Origin: Leucoraja erinacea
Lineage: Eukaryota
Direction: 5' to 3'
NCBI RefSeq assembly: GCF_028641065.1
Contig: NC_073395.1
Coordinates: 16,492,001-16,556,000, forward strand
Length of the DNA stretch: 64,000 nt
Below the pieces are notes generated by a model, which did no database searches, was not told the origin of the DNA, and saw nothing but the letters and a program-made list of their open reading frames with translations. The translations under genes and the position numbers were made by a program. The first letter of the stretch is position 1; each line of letters opens with the position of its first letter. Positions 50,927 through 62,567 of this stretch are shown here, piece after piece.

Positions 50927-50977
50927 ACTATTGGGGAGAGTCTAGTTACAGTGAAATCCTCGACTTGCATCTGGGTG
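50927..50977 (+). CDS. MICAL3: Probable 51-nt cassette exon within bMERB (DYWGESSYSEILDLHLG)
   Basis: Branch ctaat, acceptor ttattatag, donor GTG|gtacgt, phase 1-1; resembles the DYWGES-YSEILDLHLG insert recalled from vertebrate MICAL3 isoforms. Confidence 0.82.
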
Positions 50978-51465
50978 GTACGTATGGCTGTCGCTCTGCT
51001 TCATCATTCTTGCTAACCTTCACCTTTCTCTCTAATGCCTTCCTCTTCACTTGTATCCTTGACTGCACCCTCTTTTTAGTTTAGTGAGGTTAGAGTACCT
51101 GCCTCCCTGCCCCAGATCTTGCACAGTCTCATGTATGTATAGTGGTGACCATTCTCGGCTGAAGAGATGGGTGGGGGAGGGGTGGGGGGGGATGTCAAAT
51201 TGAAAGTAGTGTTTGGACAAGTGATCAAGCAGCAAATTGCAAGAACGGCTTTGCTTCTAATTGAGTTACATGCTGACTAATTATAGGGCTAGCCAAATGT
51301 TGTTTCTTGGCTTTGGAAGTGGATGGGTTTGGGGACAGATGAATGGGGAACCGGATGGTTGGTTGGGTGAGAGGGTGAAGGGCGGCAGGGTGACAGAGAT
51401 GGGTGGTTAGGGGTGATGAATGAGAGCGGGGGGGGGAGTGATGGATGGTAAATTGGCAAGATGTA

Positions 51466-52351
51466 CTGTGCCCACCATAATGTTTGGGACAAAGAGCCAT
51501 CATTTATTTATTTGCCTCTGTACTCCACAATTTGAGATTTGTAATAGAAAAATATCACATGTAGTTAAAGTGTACATTGTTAGATTTTATTAAAGGCAAT
51601 TTTTATACATTTTGGTTTCACCTTGTAGAAATTACAGCTGTGTTCCTACATAGTCCCCCCCATTTCAGGACACCATAATACAATGATGATACAACTGCTG
51701 ATGGTAACAGCATAATGAATTCTGAAGTGTATAGACTCATCCTATCTGCTCAACTTCAAACAAATGCCTCAAAACTCATTGGCCGGCGGTTCATTCTACA
51801 GCAAGACAATAATCCCAAACATACTGCTAAAGCAATAAAGGAGTATTTCAAAACTAAAAACTGGTCAATTCTTGGGGCCGTCAATCACCCGATCTGAACC
51901 CAATTGAGTACGCCTTTTATATGCTGAAGAGAAAACTGAAGGGGACTACCCCCCTAAAACGAGCATAAGCTAAAGATGGCTGCAATACAGACCAGGCAGA
52001 GCATCACCAGAGAAGACACCCAGCAACTGGTGATGTCCATGAATCGCTGACTTCAAGCAGTCATTGCATGTAAAGGATATGCACCAAAACATTAAACAAG
52101 CTACTTTCATTTACATGACATTGCTGTGTCCCAAACATTATGGTGTCCTGAAATGAGGGGACTATGTATAAGCACTGCTGTAATTTCTACATGGTGAAAC
52201 CAAAATGTTTAAAAATGGCCTTTATTAAAATCTGACAATGTGCACTTTAACCACATATGATTTTTTTTCTATTACAAATCTTAAATTGTGGAGTTCAGAT
52301 GGAAAAAAAATAAATAATGGGTCTTTGTCCCAAACATTATGGAGGGCACTG
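51466..52351 (+). mobile_element. Internally deleted Tc1-family transposon, IR/DR-type long TIRs, TA target duplication
   Basis: ta|ctgtgcccaccataatgtttgggaca ... tgtcccaaacattatggagggcactg|ta; ~210-bp TIRs; transposase remnant FILQQDNNPKHT...SPDLNPIE with frameshift and stops. Confidence 0.92.
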
Positions 52352-55300
52352 TACGACAAGATGCAGTGAAGACTAAATGTAATGAGGAAATAATGAGCGA
52401 ATAGGCCAGAGTCCAGTCCCACAGGACTCCCACAGAGTTCCACTTCTGCAGAACATGATATTCAGGTTCTAGTTGGGCTGGGGAATTTGATGCATCAATG
52501 GGAAGAGGCACTTTTACGGAATTAACTGACAGAATATTTTTTACTGAATTAACAAACAAAAATAAGGTTGGGGGCTTCAACCTCTGCAGTGCAGGTGGGA
52601 GCTCCAGGATTCTACCCATGTCCCTGGACTGAAGAGGAGGGGGACCGAGGAGGAGGGGTCGTAGCTGATCCAAGAGAGTTATGAATCTGTTGAATTCTCT
52701 GCCTCAGAAGGCAATAGAGGTCAATTCTCTGGATGCTTTCAAGAGAGAGTTAGATAGAGCTCTTAAAGATAGCAGAGGATATGGCGTGAAGGCAGGAACG
52801 GGGTACTGATTGTGGATGATCAGCCATGATGGTGCTGGCTCGAAGAGCCGAATGGCCTACTTCTGAACCTTTTATCTATTGTCAATAGAGAGAAATAGGA
52901 ATAACGTTTTTTAATCGAGCATGCCTAATTTTAACGGGTTGGAAAGTGATAGCAACTCAAACATAACTCACTCGGAGCTACTCATCAAAGGGGTTCAGGG
53001 ATTTAGCATTTTTTAAGTCGATAATTCAACAGAACTAAATGATATGCAGCTCAGACTAGTAAAAAAAAAACAAAAGGGGGAGATGGTAGAGGCACTGGAT
53101 ACAAATGTTTGATATACTAGGAACGGAAGCAGAAAACAATTGCAAGGATATTGCCAGGGTGATTAAGGTACCAAGATTATTTTTCGCATTTGGAAGAGTT
53201 TTTTTTTAAATGTAGTGTGGAACTAGGCCCTGAATCCATGCCGACAATTGTTCACTGGTTCTATATTATCCCTCTTCCGCATCCTACACACTAAGGGCAA
53301 TTTGCAGAATCCAAATAACCTACAAACCTGCATGTCTTTGGAATGTAAGAAGAAACACAGAGGAAATGTAAGAGGGAGAACGTGCAAACTCCAAACAGAC
53401 AGCACCCGAGGTCAGGATCGAACCCAGATCTCTAGCACTGTGAGCCAACTGCTCTACCACTATGCCAGACTTGAAGGACTAAGTTGTAGGGAGAGATTGG
53501 GCAGGCTAGGACTTAATTCCTCCCAAGGGTGTGTTTGACAAAGCTTTCAATGTAACCCTACTGGTCAAAATAATCATAGACCATGGGATCCAAGGGTGAG
53601 AGGCAAACTAGATCCAGAACCAACTCAGTGTCAGGAAGCAAACAATAATGGTTGATGAGTGTTTGAGACAAGAGGCAGTTAGCAGTGGGGGTTTCTCAAT
53701 ACCTAGTACTTGATCCCTTGATCTTTCCCATTGCATAATCAATGATTTAGACTTAAATGTAGAGAGCATGACAACAAATAGCAGGATATTGGTGTGGAGA
53801 AACAAATAAATCTTGACAAGTAAGTGCACAAGTACTTAATGTTCGCAGGACAGATCAATAAGGTGATACAAAAGATATACAGGATGCTTTGTTCTATTTA
53901 CTGAAGCACTGAATGAAAGATAGGAATACCGAGAGGGAAGACTCCTGTGCCCTAAATGTATGAGGAGTCTGCAAATGTGGACAGACATAACGAGTGTGAT
54001 GGAGAGACAGTTATTGATGGGAGAGGCAGGAATCGAGGTGTGATGGGGAGAGGCAGAGGTTGATGGGGAGACAGGAGTGAATGAAGGAGATGGCGGATGT
54101 GATGGGGGAGACTGGGCTGCATGGGGCAGTAGGGGTTCTGATTTGGGGGAACCAAAGATGGGAGAGGAAGTGATGGAGAGGGCTGTGATGGTGGAGGCAG
54201 GGGGAAGATGGGAGAGGTGGAAGTTGATGTATGTAATGGTGAAGCAGTTATTTTTACCTGATCTTTCTGTTTCATCACAGGAGCCTGAATATTTAGACTT
54301 TGGAGCACTAATATTAAGATTAGTGAGTGGACTGTAGGTTTCACACTCACTTCTATTGTTAGCTATCACTGTGTACATCTCTGCATGTATTTAACCATGG
54401 CTTGGTCTCCTGCTCCCCATCATTGGCTGCGGAAACTTGCACACGTGTGGATATTGGCAACCAGCTACAGCTGTCCTCAGCTGTGATAGTCCCCACCGTT
54501 CAATAGCTAAACCGCGCCCGTTCTTTAAGCTTGATGCATTACCGAAAGTTAATGGTGCGCAGTTAGAGTTGGCATCTACAATTCAGAGGAATGAAAGCAG
54601 AATGTGTCAGTGATGGCCAGCGCGATGTGAAGATGGCAGCTTGCTGATTGCCCCACTCTCTGTGAACCAGGTTCGCTGGCAAGTTGATGATAGCACACTG
54701 CTAGAGGAGGCCATTCCTGTTAATGGGCTGACATGCTTAGAGGGCACAGTCACTGATAAAAAATCTAGCTGCGTGTTTGCTCTTGGTTTTAAATGTAGAT
54801 TGCATGCTCTTTATGTAATTCCAATGGTTTCTTCACTAACAATTAACTGTTTGCTCTCCTCTTCCATCACCTACAAGTCTCCCTTTGACTTCCGGTTTGT
54901 AGCAACACTTGTTGAGCAGACTGTCCTAATGACGTTGGTTCGGTTTAAGCATGGGCACATTAAGGATGTTCTCTTGATAGATGCATGATTGTGGAATTTG
55001 GTTTTCTAACTCCGCATCATACCAGGTTTTACAGAGGTCAAGCAGTCTGCTGCCAAAATGGCTTAGCTAGAGCACAAACGCCAACCAGGGAAACTACTAT
55101 TACAATCCAGCTGTTGTGCCACAGAATAACACTGGGAGGGCAGTGAGCGAAAGAGGCAAAGCACTCCACATCTGGGCTCCACACGGGCAGTCCTACCAGC
55201 AACATATCTCTCCCACATCCATTATAAATCACGTTCCTCTCCTCATCCATCCTCTTCTAATCTCTCTCCCACACTAAGTGTGACTTTCTGCCTCATTTCA

Positions 55301-55767
55301 CCCCCTGCTCAAAAAGTGCTCACATTTCTTCCTCGGCCTTTTGTGTACTCATGCCTTTACTTTTCTCTTCCAAGCTGCGCTTCCAGATTCCCTCCCCCTT
55401 TGTGCTTCTGTCCCACTCTCCATCCTTGCTCTGGTTTACATCCCGGCTCTGCCTCTCTCCCTCCTTCTGCCCCACTCTCCATTCAGTGAGAAGATTTGCT
55501 TGAGATTTTGAAAGTTGGAGGGCTGCTTGTTATGGAGGGGTACCGTGGTCTTTGATTGTGTAACCCTGGATTGCATGAGTGAGATATGCCATTAGTTCCT
55601 TGATTGCTACAGGCAGTTGCACTGTCTCATCCTGTTCTTGTTTTCCTTCATTTCTTTCTGTTTGTTTCCTGCCCCCTCATTATTAGATTCTTTGCTTTGC
55701 CCTCTTCTTCTCTCCCTCTCACATTCTGCTCCTCTGCTTTGCTTTTCTTTTACTTCTCTTGTTGAAG

Positions 55768-55836
55768 TTGAGGCCCTTGTTGGAGCTCCGCGGCGAAGAC
55801 CTCTTTCCTTCTGCCACTGCTGTACCCACGACAGAG
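55768..55836 (+). CDS. MICAL3: Probable 69-nt cassette exon within bMERB (VEALVGAPRRRPLSFCHCCTHDR)
   Basis: Very long pyrimidine tract, gaag acceptor, donor GAG|gtaatg, phase 1-1; PRRRPLSFC-CC resembles a recalled MICAL3 alternative exon. Confidence 0.82.
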
Positions 55837-57856
55837 GTAATGTAAACCAAGCCCTCAGAGGGTCACCTTAACCACACTGGGGTTCTCAAACCCTGAGGCT
55901 CAGTACAGTTCCCTTGGACACCTGGTCAAGTGTAAATTGTGATCAAATACCGCACCCGCTGCAGGACCAGCTTCAGGGAGCCAGAGGTAAGAACGGCCAG
56001 AGAGCTGGAGCCGTCAAGAAGTTGAGGAAACCGATGGCTTCAAATTAGTGGGGCAGAGATAGAAGTGAATGGTACAGTCCCCCTAACGGATGGGTTAGGC
56101 CCATGGGACATTAAAGTGGTAGATGGTTTAGCCATGCCCCATTTGGCAACGTGCAAGATGGCGGTCAGTAGGGATAGCATGAGTGTGTAGTGCCATGTCC
56201 CATCCCGACAACACATGCTGTTGTCAGCCTGCTCTGTCCCCCTCCTGTAGACCTCACGCCTGGGAATCCCCGACTGACAGGACCTCAGAGTGAGCATCAA
56301 AGTTCGAAGCAAAGCCCCGTTTGATTAAGGCAGATGAATGGATTCAAATGCTCTCTTAGCTTTGGGGTTATCCTCTGCTAACAAGACAAGAGCTCTCCAC
56401 CCTTGGCCTTGGCCCCCATCTGACCACTGAACCCCATCCCTTGATCACAGGCTCCAACCACCAACCACCAAACCCTGCACTTGGCTCCACTCCTTGATCC
56501 TGCTACTCCTCCCCACCCTTCTCCCTCACTCTACCTTGCCACTCAACCACAGCATGCAGGCACACACTTGGTCTGTCCCTTCAGTCACACCATCTCCCGT
56601 TCTCTGTGTGTTATCCTCCCTCCCCAGTTTCCTGGCCTTTTCTCCCCATTTCCTATTTCCCCATCATTTGCTTTTTCTTCCCATGGCCTTTCTCCTCATC
56701 TCCCAATTCCCCTAATCAATTTTCCTCAGTGAATGGAAGGTTTCTTACTTGTCACACGTTCTTCTCTCTCTCTCTCTCTCCATATTCTCCCCATCTCCCA
56801 CTTGCCCATTTCCCAAACAGTTCCCCATAACTGTACAGTATATAATAGCGCCATTGATACACATATCCAGAGTAGCGAAGATCCTCCTATCTGACGCAAG
56901 TAATTTAATGGTTAACTACCTGAGGACTCATGGATCCATCACCATATCCTGTAATAACAAATCTTTGAATTGGAAGATCAGCCTAATCTCTGCAGGATGA
57001 AAACTCAGTCAGCATTCTCCTCTGAAAGTAGTGGCTGAAGAATAGATTCGGATCATCCCCAAAGGCCACTCCATCGTGCCGTCCTGGGTCAGAAAAATAC
57101 CGAGGGCTCTGGAGAGTGAGTGAGGCAGTGTGACATTAGTTTTAATTGTACCAGTATGGAGCCAGCTTTGGCACCATGGATCTAAAGGCAGAGAGACTCA
57201 ACCACTACCTGCACTGAGGTGAGAAGCTGGGCAATAAATGAGAAAGAATTGAGACAGAGTGGTTTCCTGAACCACCTCCCCCAAGGATCTCACTTCACTG
57301 TGAGTGCACACGGGCTGGGAAGGAATGAGAGTCTTGCCGGTGCAGAAAATTGGCTTGTGGCGTAGACCAGAGCGTAATAGCTGTTCCTTGGGACTTTACT
57401 CTGCCTCTCTGCCTGCTTGCAGTGACTCACTCCATTCCACCCGCAGTAATCTCCACCTGGACTGACTTCTCATCTCAACGACTGGGCTTTATTTTCCCGT
57501 ACCCTGCTTTTCTGTTCTGCAAGCACCCGTTTTGTTGAATGGCCTGAAATTTTCCCTTGGCTGAGAAACTTTCCATTCACTGAGGCACAGTACCTCCAAA
57601 CCTTGGTCAGCTGACAGTGGAGACATCTGAGTTTTACCTGTAAAATGTGAAGTCTGGAGTCAGGTGCAATCCATAATGGTGAACAAGATTCAGCCTGGGG
57701 CAGGGACTGAGAAAGCAAGAGGACTAGGGTTGCAGCCAGTGGTTCTACGCACTAAGTACACAGGTTGCCAAAATACAAAGATGTGGGCGTGATTTACCCC
57801 CTAGAGTAATTCCCACTGCACGTTAGATGATACAAGTATGCTATAGAAAGGTAGAT

Positions 57857-58055
57857 TCAGGGAACTGCAGATGCTGAAATCTTGCTTAGAACACACAGGA
57901 AGGAACTAAACAGGTCATGCAGCATCTCTGGAGAACATGGTTAGGCGACATTTTTGGACACGTCAGTAGAAGGGTTCTGATCCTAAACGTCACCTGTCCA
58001 TGTCCTCCAGAGATGTTGCCTGACCCGCTGAGTTACTCCAACACTTTGTGTTCTA
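57857..58055. mobile_element. Inverted pair of Penelope-type terminal-repeat fragments
   Basis: gcagcatctctggagaacatgg...ccatgtcctccagagatgttgcc; similar pairs at 4812-5048, 11810-11965 and 36095-36285. Confidence 0.75.
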
Positions 58056-60544
58056 CTCTGTTGAAAGATGGTTTAGATCTATGACCTTTGAGGCCATTAA
58101 ATCTAATTTGCACTAATTAAGCAAGTGTTCACATACAGCATGTAATTGTTGCACATTGGACAAATACTGTAGGTTGCCAAGGCTACCCTGTTTACCATGC
58201 ACATTCAGAAGTAGCAGCATTCTCTGATGCTCCCAGGTTGGTTGTGTGTTGCCCATTCAGTTCAAACGGGTTAGATGCGACTTTTGTTCATTGTTCAATC
58301 TAAGTGAATGCTAGTCAGTCACAAATCTAGCAGAGTCTGTCTGTGAACTGTCCCTTTGAGCTTGCAAGAAAGGAATAAATCAAGGGTGAGTTTCAAGCAA
58401 AATCTGCAAGTAAGGGTAGGAACACCAACCAATCAAACCCACATTATTAGGAGACGGTTTAAGCATTTACCTTGAATTTCTTCCAGCTGAAAACTTGTTA
58501 CTGATTAAATGTTGTAAAGGAGCCCAAAGTACTTCTTACCATGTTACCCCCCTCCCTCCCCCCCCCCCCCTCCTCCCTCCCCCTTCCCTAGAAAAATGGA
58601 TTGGCAATAAACACGTGCATCAGTTGGCATCTCACGGAAAAAATGATTCCTTTACTCCCATCAAACCCACCACGGGCACCTCCTCCTCCCCCCCCCCCCC
58701 CCCACCCCCATTCACTTATCGTCCTTCTACCAATTCATTTGCACTTCATTCCTCCCACTTTCGCCATCACAGAACTCTCTACAAGGACAAGAGTAGTGAC
58801 AATTTTATTCCTATCATACGTTGGTGGAAGAGAATGTTCCTAACCTTGCCACACGTCTTGATATCACCAACCAATTGTTAGAGGACATCATAGGTTAAGT
58901 CTCACAAAAATTAATCATCCTTTTTTAAACAAATTAACATTACAACTTCCTAGTGTTATAAACCAATAAAATACCTCCCATAGAAGTGACCTATTACAAA
59001 CCTGTCTGTATTAATTTAACACATTACAGAACTTACGTGTAATAAACTGCTACTACCAACCAACCATTATGTCAAGCTATCATTACAAAGCAACCAGTGT
59101 TTCAATCTAGTATGACAAGCTTGCTATTGTAACACGCTGATACTGTAGAGTTTCCACCCAACAAATTGGCACTGCAGATCAACCAAAATACCAGGTTAAA
59201 GTTGCAGGCCAGTCGTTGGTGTGAAGCTAACAATTAAACCTCACAGTTTAATCGACCAATATTACAGCCCTTCCATTTTTACAAACTGACAATACAGACC
59301 CCTTATTGTAATATACCAATATAACAGAGCAATCATTATATGAAACTAATGAAACTAACTAAGATCACATTCCAATTAAAACAACATTGCGATTTTTCCA
59401 TTGTAACAAACTGACAAGGCAGACACACCATTATAAGGAACCAATATCACAGACTCTTAAACCAAAATCAAACTTTAGATTTAAAGGAATTGAAATTAAG
59501 AACCTCTCATTATGGAGACCAATGTCACAACTGTAGTAAATCAACATTCCAGGCTTTCCTTTGTACAAAATGACACTACAGCTATCCTATTGCAATAGAA
59601 TTGTAACAAGACTTCACCTGGTAACCCATTAACCTTACAATTTGTGAGATATGAGTTGTTTGCCAACTCAGCAAGTCTTTGAAGCCTGAGGCTTTATGCC
59701 AAAAGTAGGCTATGTCACAGCTCCCTACTCCGAAACAATATACAGGGAAAAGCACAGCAGTGCCTAGTGCATGGTGGAAGGAATAATAAGTAAGTGGGGT
59801 AAGAAAGAATGGTCAACGTTGAATCTCTAATCTACATCCAAGAACCATTATTTGCTTTGTTTCATATCCACATTCAGGCTTGAGGACACACAGACTGGGC
59901 TCAGGAAAGGGATTGTGTAGAATGGTGGGCACTACTGAGATTCCATGAATGTCATCAGAATGAAAGTGTGTGCATATGCAGTGCATGTGATAATGTGTCT
60001 TAATGTGTAAGGTCTCTAAGATTGTGTGAATGGGTGCACACAGGAGTTTAAAATTGTATCGGATGTCTCAGAATATGATGATTGTGTAACAAAACTTTTA
60101 CAAACGAGTAATATGTGCATGGTACATAATGCCTGAAAATGCCATAATATACACTATGAAGAGTAGCATACCTGATAGAGACAGACAGGTTAGAATGAAA
60201 TGAAAATGTTTTGTAGTATATGTAATCAATTGTGGATAGCCAGCCAGGTGAGTTGCAGGCTGCAACATTACCTAAAGATTTTGCAATTTATATATTAAAT
60301 AAAAGATGATTGGGAGCAAGTTGTAGGCTCTGTCAATAAATATTGGGTAGTTTACAGGTAGAATATCAGATACTTGGAAATAAGTTCAATGCCAGTCTAA
60401 TTGAGAGATTTTCAGTGTTCAGGTGTGGAATATTTACATCTGAGTGGTGAGTTACAGATTAGAATGTATTCAGTGGGTTTTGAAGGTTTATATTAGAATA
60501 CCTGGAGTGAGTTATAGGCTGGAAACCAATCTATAGATATTGGG

Positions 60545-60639
60545 TGTAGACAAAAGTGCTGGAGAAACTCAGCGGGTGAGGCAGCATCTATGGAGCAAAG
60601 GAAATAGGCGACGTTTCGGGTCGAGACCCTTCTTCAGAC
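60545..60639 (-). mobile_element. 95-bp Penelope-type terminal-repeat insertion with a 15-bp flanking duplication
   Basis: TCTATAGATATTGGG at 60530-60544 and 60640-60654. Confidence 0.85.
60610..60637 (-). ncRNA. Minimal type-I hammerhead ribozyme-like core
   Basis: Minus strand CUGAAGA-A-GGGU-CUCG-ACCC-GAAAC-GUC: conserved core boxes, 4-bp helix II, palindromic ACGU helix III; helix I is weak. Confidence 0.6.
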
Positions 60640-62467
60640 TCTATAGATATTGGGAGTTTATTTATAGAATAAGTTATAGAAGCAAGTTATAGGCTCAAAT
60701 ATGAACAATAATGATGGGGATGTACAGCATATGTAGAATGGCAGATGTTGAAAGTAAATTACTGACTGGAATCTAATTGAGAGATCTTTGGAGTTTACTT
60801 ATAGAATAGTAGATGCCTGAAGGTTGAGTTTGAGTACAGAATCCAAGCAATAATTATTGGATACTTCGAAATTATTTACTGCCCAGAGTCCAAATAAGAA
60901 TTTAATTATAAAATCTAATCAATAGATGTTGAGAATCAAATGGCGAATCCAAGGAAAAATCTATAATCTTACTGAGAACTGAAGGATTTGTAAGCAGAAT
61001 CAGTAATAACGGAAGGAATTTGAGTTTAGATGACAAATATTTGTTGTTTATATCTTGATTAACATCGAGCTGGAAATTGGTTTTATTGTATAAATAGACT
61101 AAAAAGCTATTCAATAGGTTTGGGGTAGTTGAAGTCAATTATGTGCAGATTCTAACTGGATTTTTTTAGCATTAGAAGCAAAATAAATAGTGAAATTTTT
61201 AATAGGTGGAAAATAATATTTGAAATACTCTGCAGAACATGCACTATCTGTGAACCGAGAGATAGAGTCAATGTTTCAGACCAATGGCTTTTCTTGGAAC
61301 TGGGAAAAGTTAGAAGCGGAATGGATTTTGTTGTTTGGAGAGTGAGGGGGTGTCGGATAGAATGGAGACCGGGAGAGACTAAATAACACAAGTGTTGGTG
61401 GTGCCTGTTGAGAAAAGTTGGTGATGGTGTGCCTAGACGATGCGCAAGTAAGAGGTGGCGAATAAAACCGTATTGTTGTTGTTACGAAATAAATTTGAAA
61501 TAGCAGAAGAGATGAGAGGAATAAAAGAATTGACTGCAGTAAATGTGAGATACAAGAATTGAACGTGTAGGAACGAACTGCAGATGCTCATTTAAACCCA
61601 AGATAGTCACAAAAAGCTGGACTCAGTGGGTCAGACAGCATCTCTGGAGAAAAGGAATAGGTGACGTTTCGGGTCGAGATTCTTCTTCAGAATGGAATGC
61701 CTGAAACTGTTGGCTTTGTTGTTGAGCTGAGGACTGTATTGAGCCCAGACATAAGATGAGGTGCTGCTCCTCGAGCTAATAGCATCCAATAATGTGGAGG
61801 GACAGCAGTATTTCTAGGCAGATATTGGAGTGAGTGACAACCCAGAGGTAAAAAAAAAAGATTTGGATGGTTTAAAATAAATTAACAGATTGTCCAGGTC
61901 AATTCTGGGCATGAACCACATCTTTTTCCTTTAGCATCTTTTAGCAACTGGTTAGCATCTAATCAAGACATTCAGATGATCTATGTTCAGAATAATATCT
62001 AACTGGAAGTGAGTTCTAGGCTGGGATATAGTTGAGGAATTTGGACATTTTATACATTTTTATATAAGAAAATGCAGATGCTGGAATATTGTGCAAAACA
62101 TAAAGTACTGGAGTCAGTGGGTCAGACAGCATCTGTGTAAAGAATAGATAGGTGATGTTTCAGATCAGGACTGAATGTCAGAATCAGGCTGATTTTTATG
62201 TTAGTTTAAAGTTAATTGCCGAATAGTCTGCAACCTGTTTGATGACCCCTACGGACTGATGACCTAGGACGAGGTTAAGTCGGTGTGTTACCCAATGGTT
62301 TGAAGTGCAGGGTTATGCTATGTTGAAATGATCCGCTCCAGCTGTGTGTGTACTTACAAGAGACTGTATGACAGAGCTTTCTTTGTGTTGGTGAGTGGCC
62401 CGTTGTCTCCTGTCTCATGCATGGCGTGCCTTGTTGTGGTCTTTGATTGTGATGTGCTCTCTGGCAG

Positions 62468-62567
62468 GAATGGGAAAGAAAGATGACCCTCGCCTGATGC
62501 AGGAATGGTTTAAGCTGGTGCAGGAGAAGAACAGCTTGGTACGCTACGAGTCAGAGCTGATGATCTT
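62468..62567 (+). CDS. MICAL3: MICAL3-like bMERB exon ([33 protein letters not shown]); gene continues beyond the window
   Basis: Near-identical to the MICAL3 bMERB second helix; acceptor ctctctggcag, donor TT|gtaagt. Not in the ORF track. Confidence 0.96.

Larger units (their letters stand above)
58880..61200. repeat. AT-rich, highly decayed tandem-repeat region
   Basis: Recurrent ccattgtaacaaact / aaccaatattaca motifs, then gagttataggct / tagaat motifs; almost no ORFs. Confidence 0.5.

Noticed and set aside
51715-52100. Functional transposase
   Set aside because: N-terminal part deleted; frameshift and stop codons.
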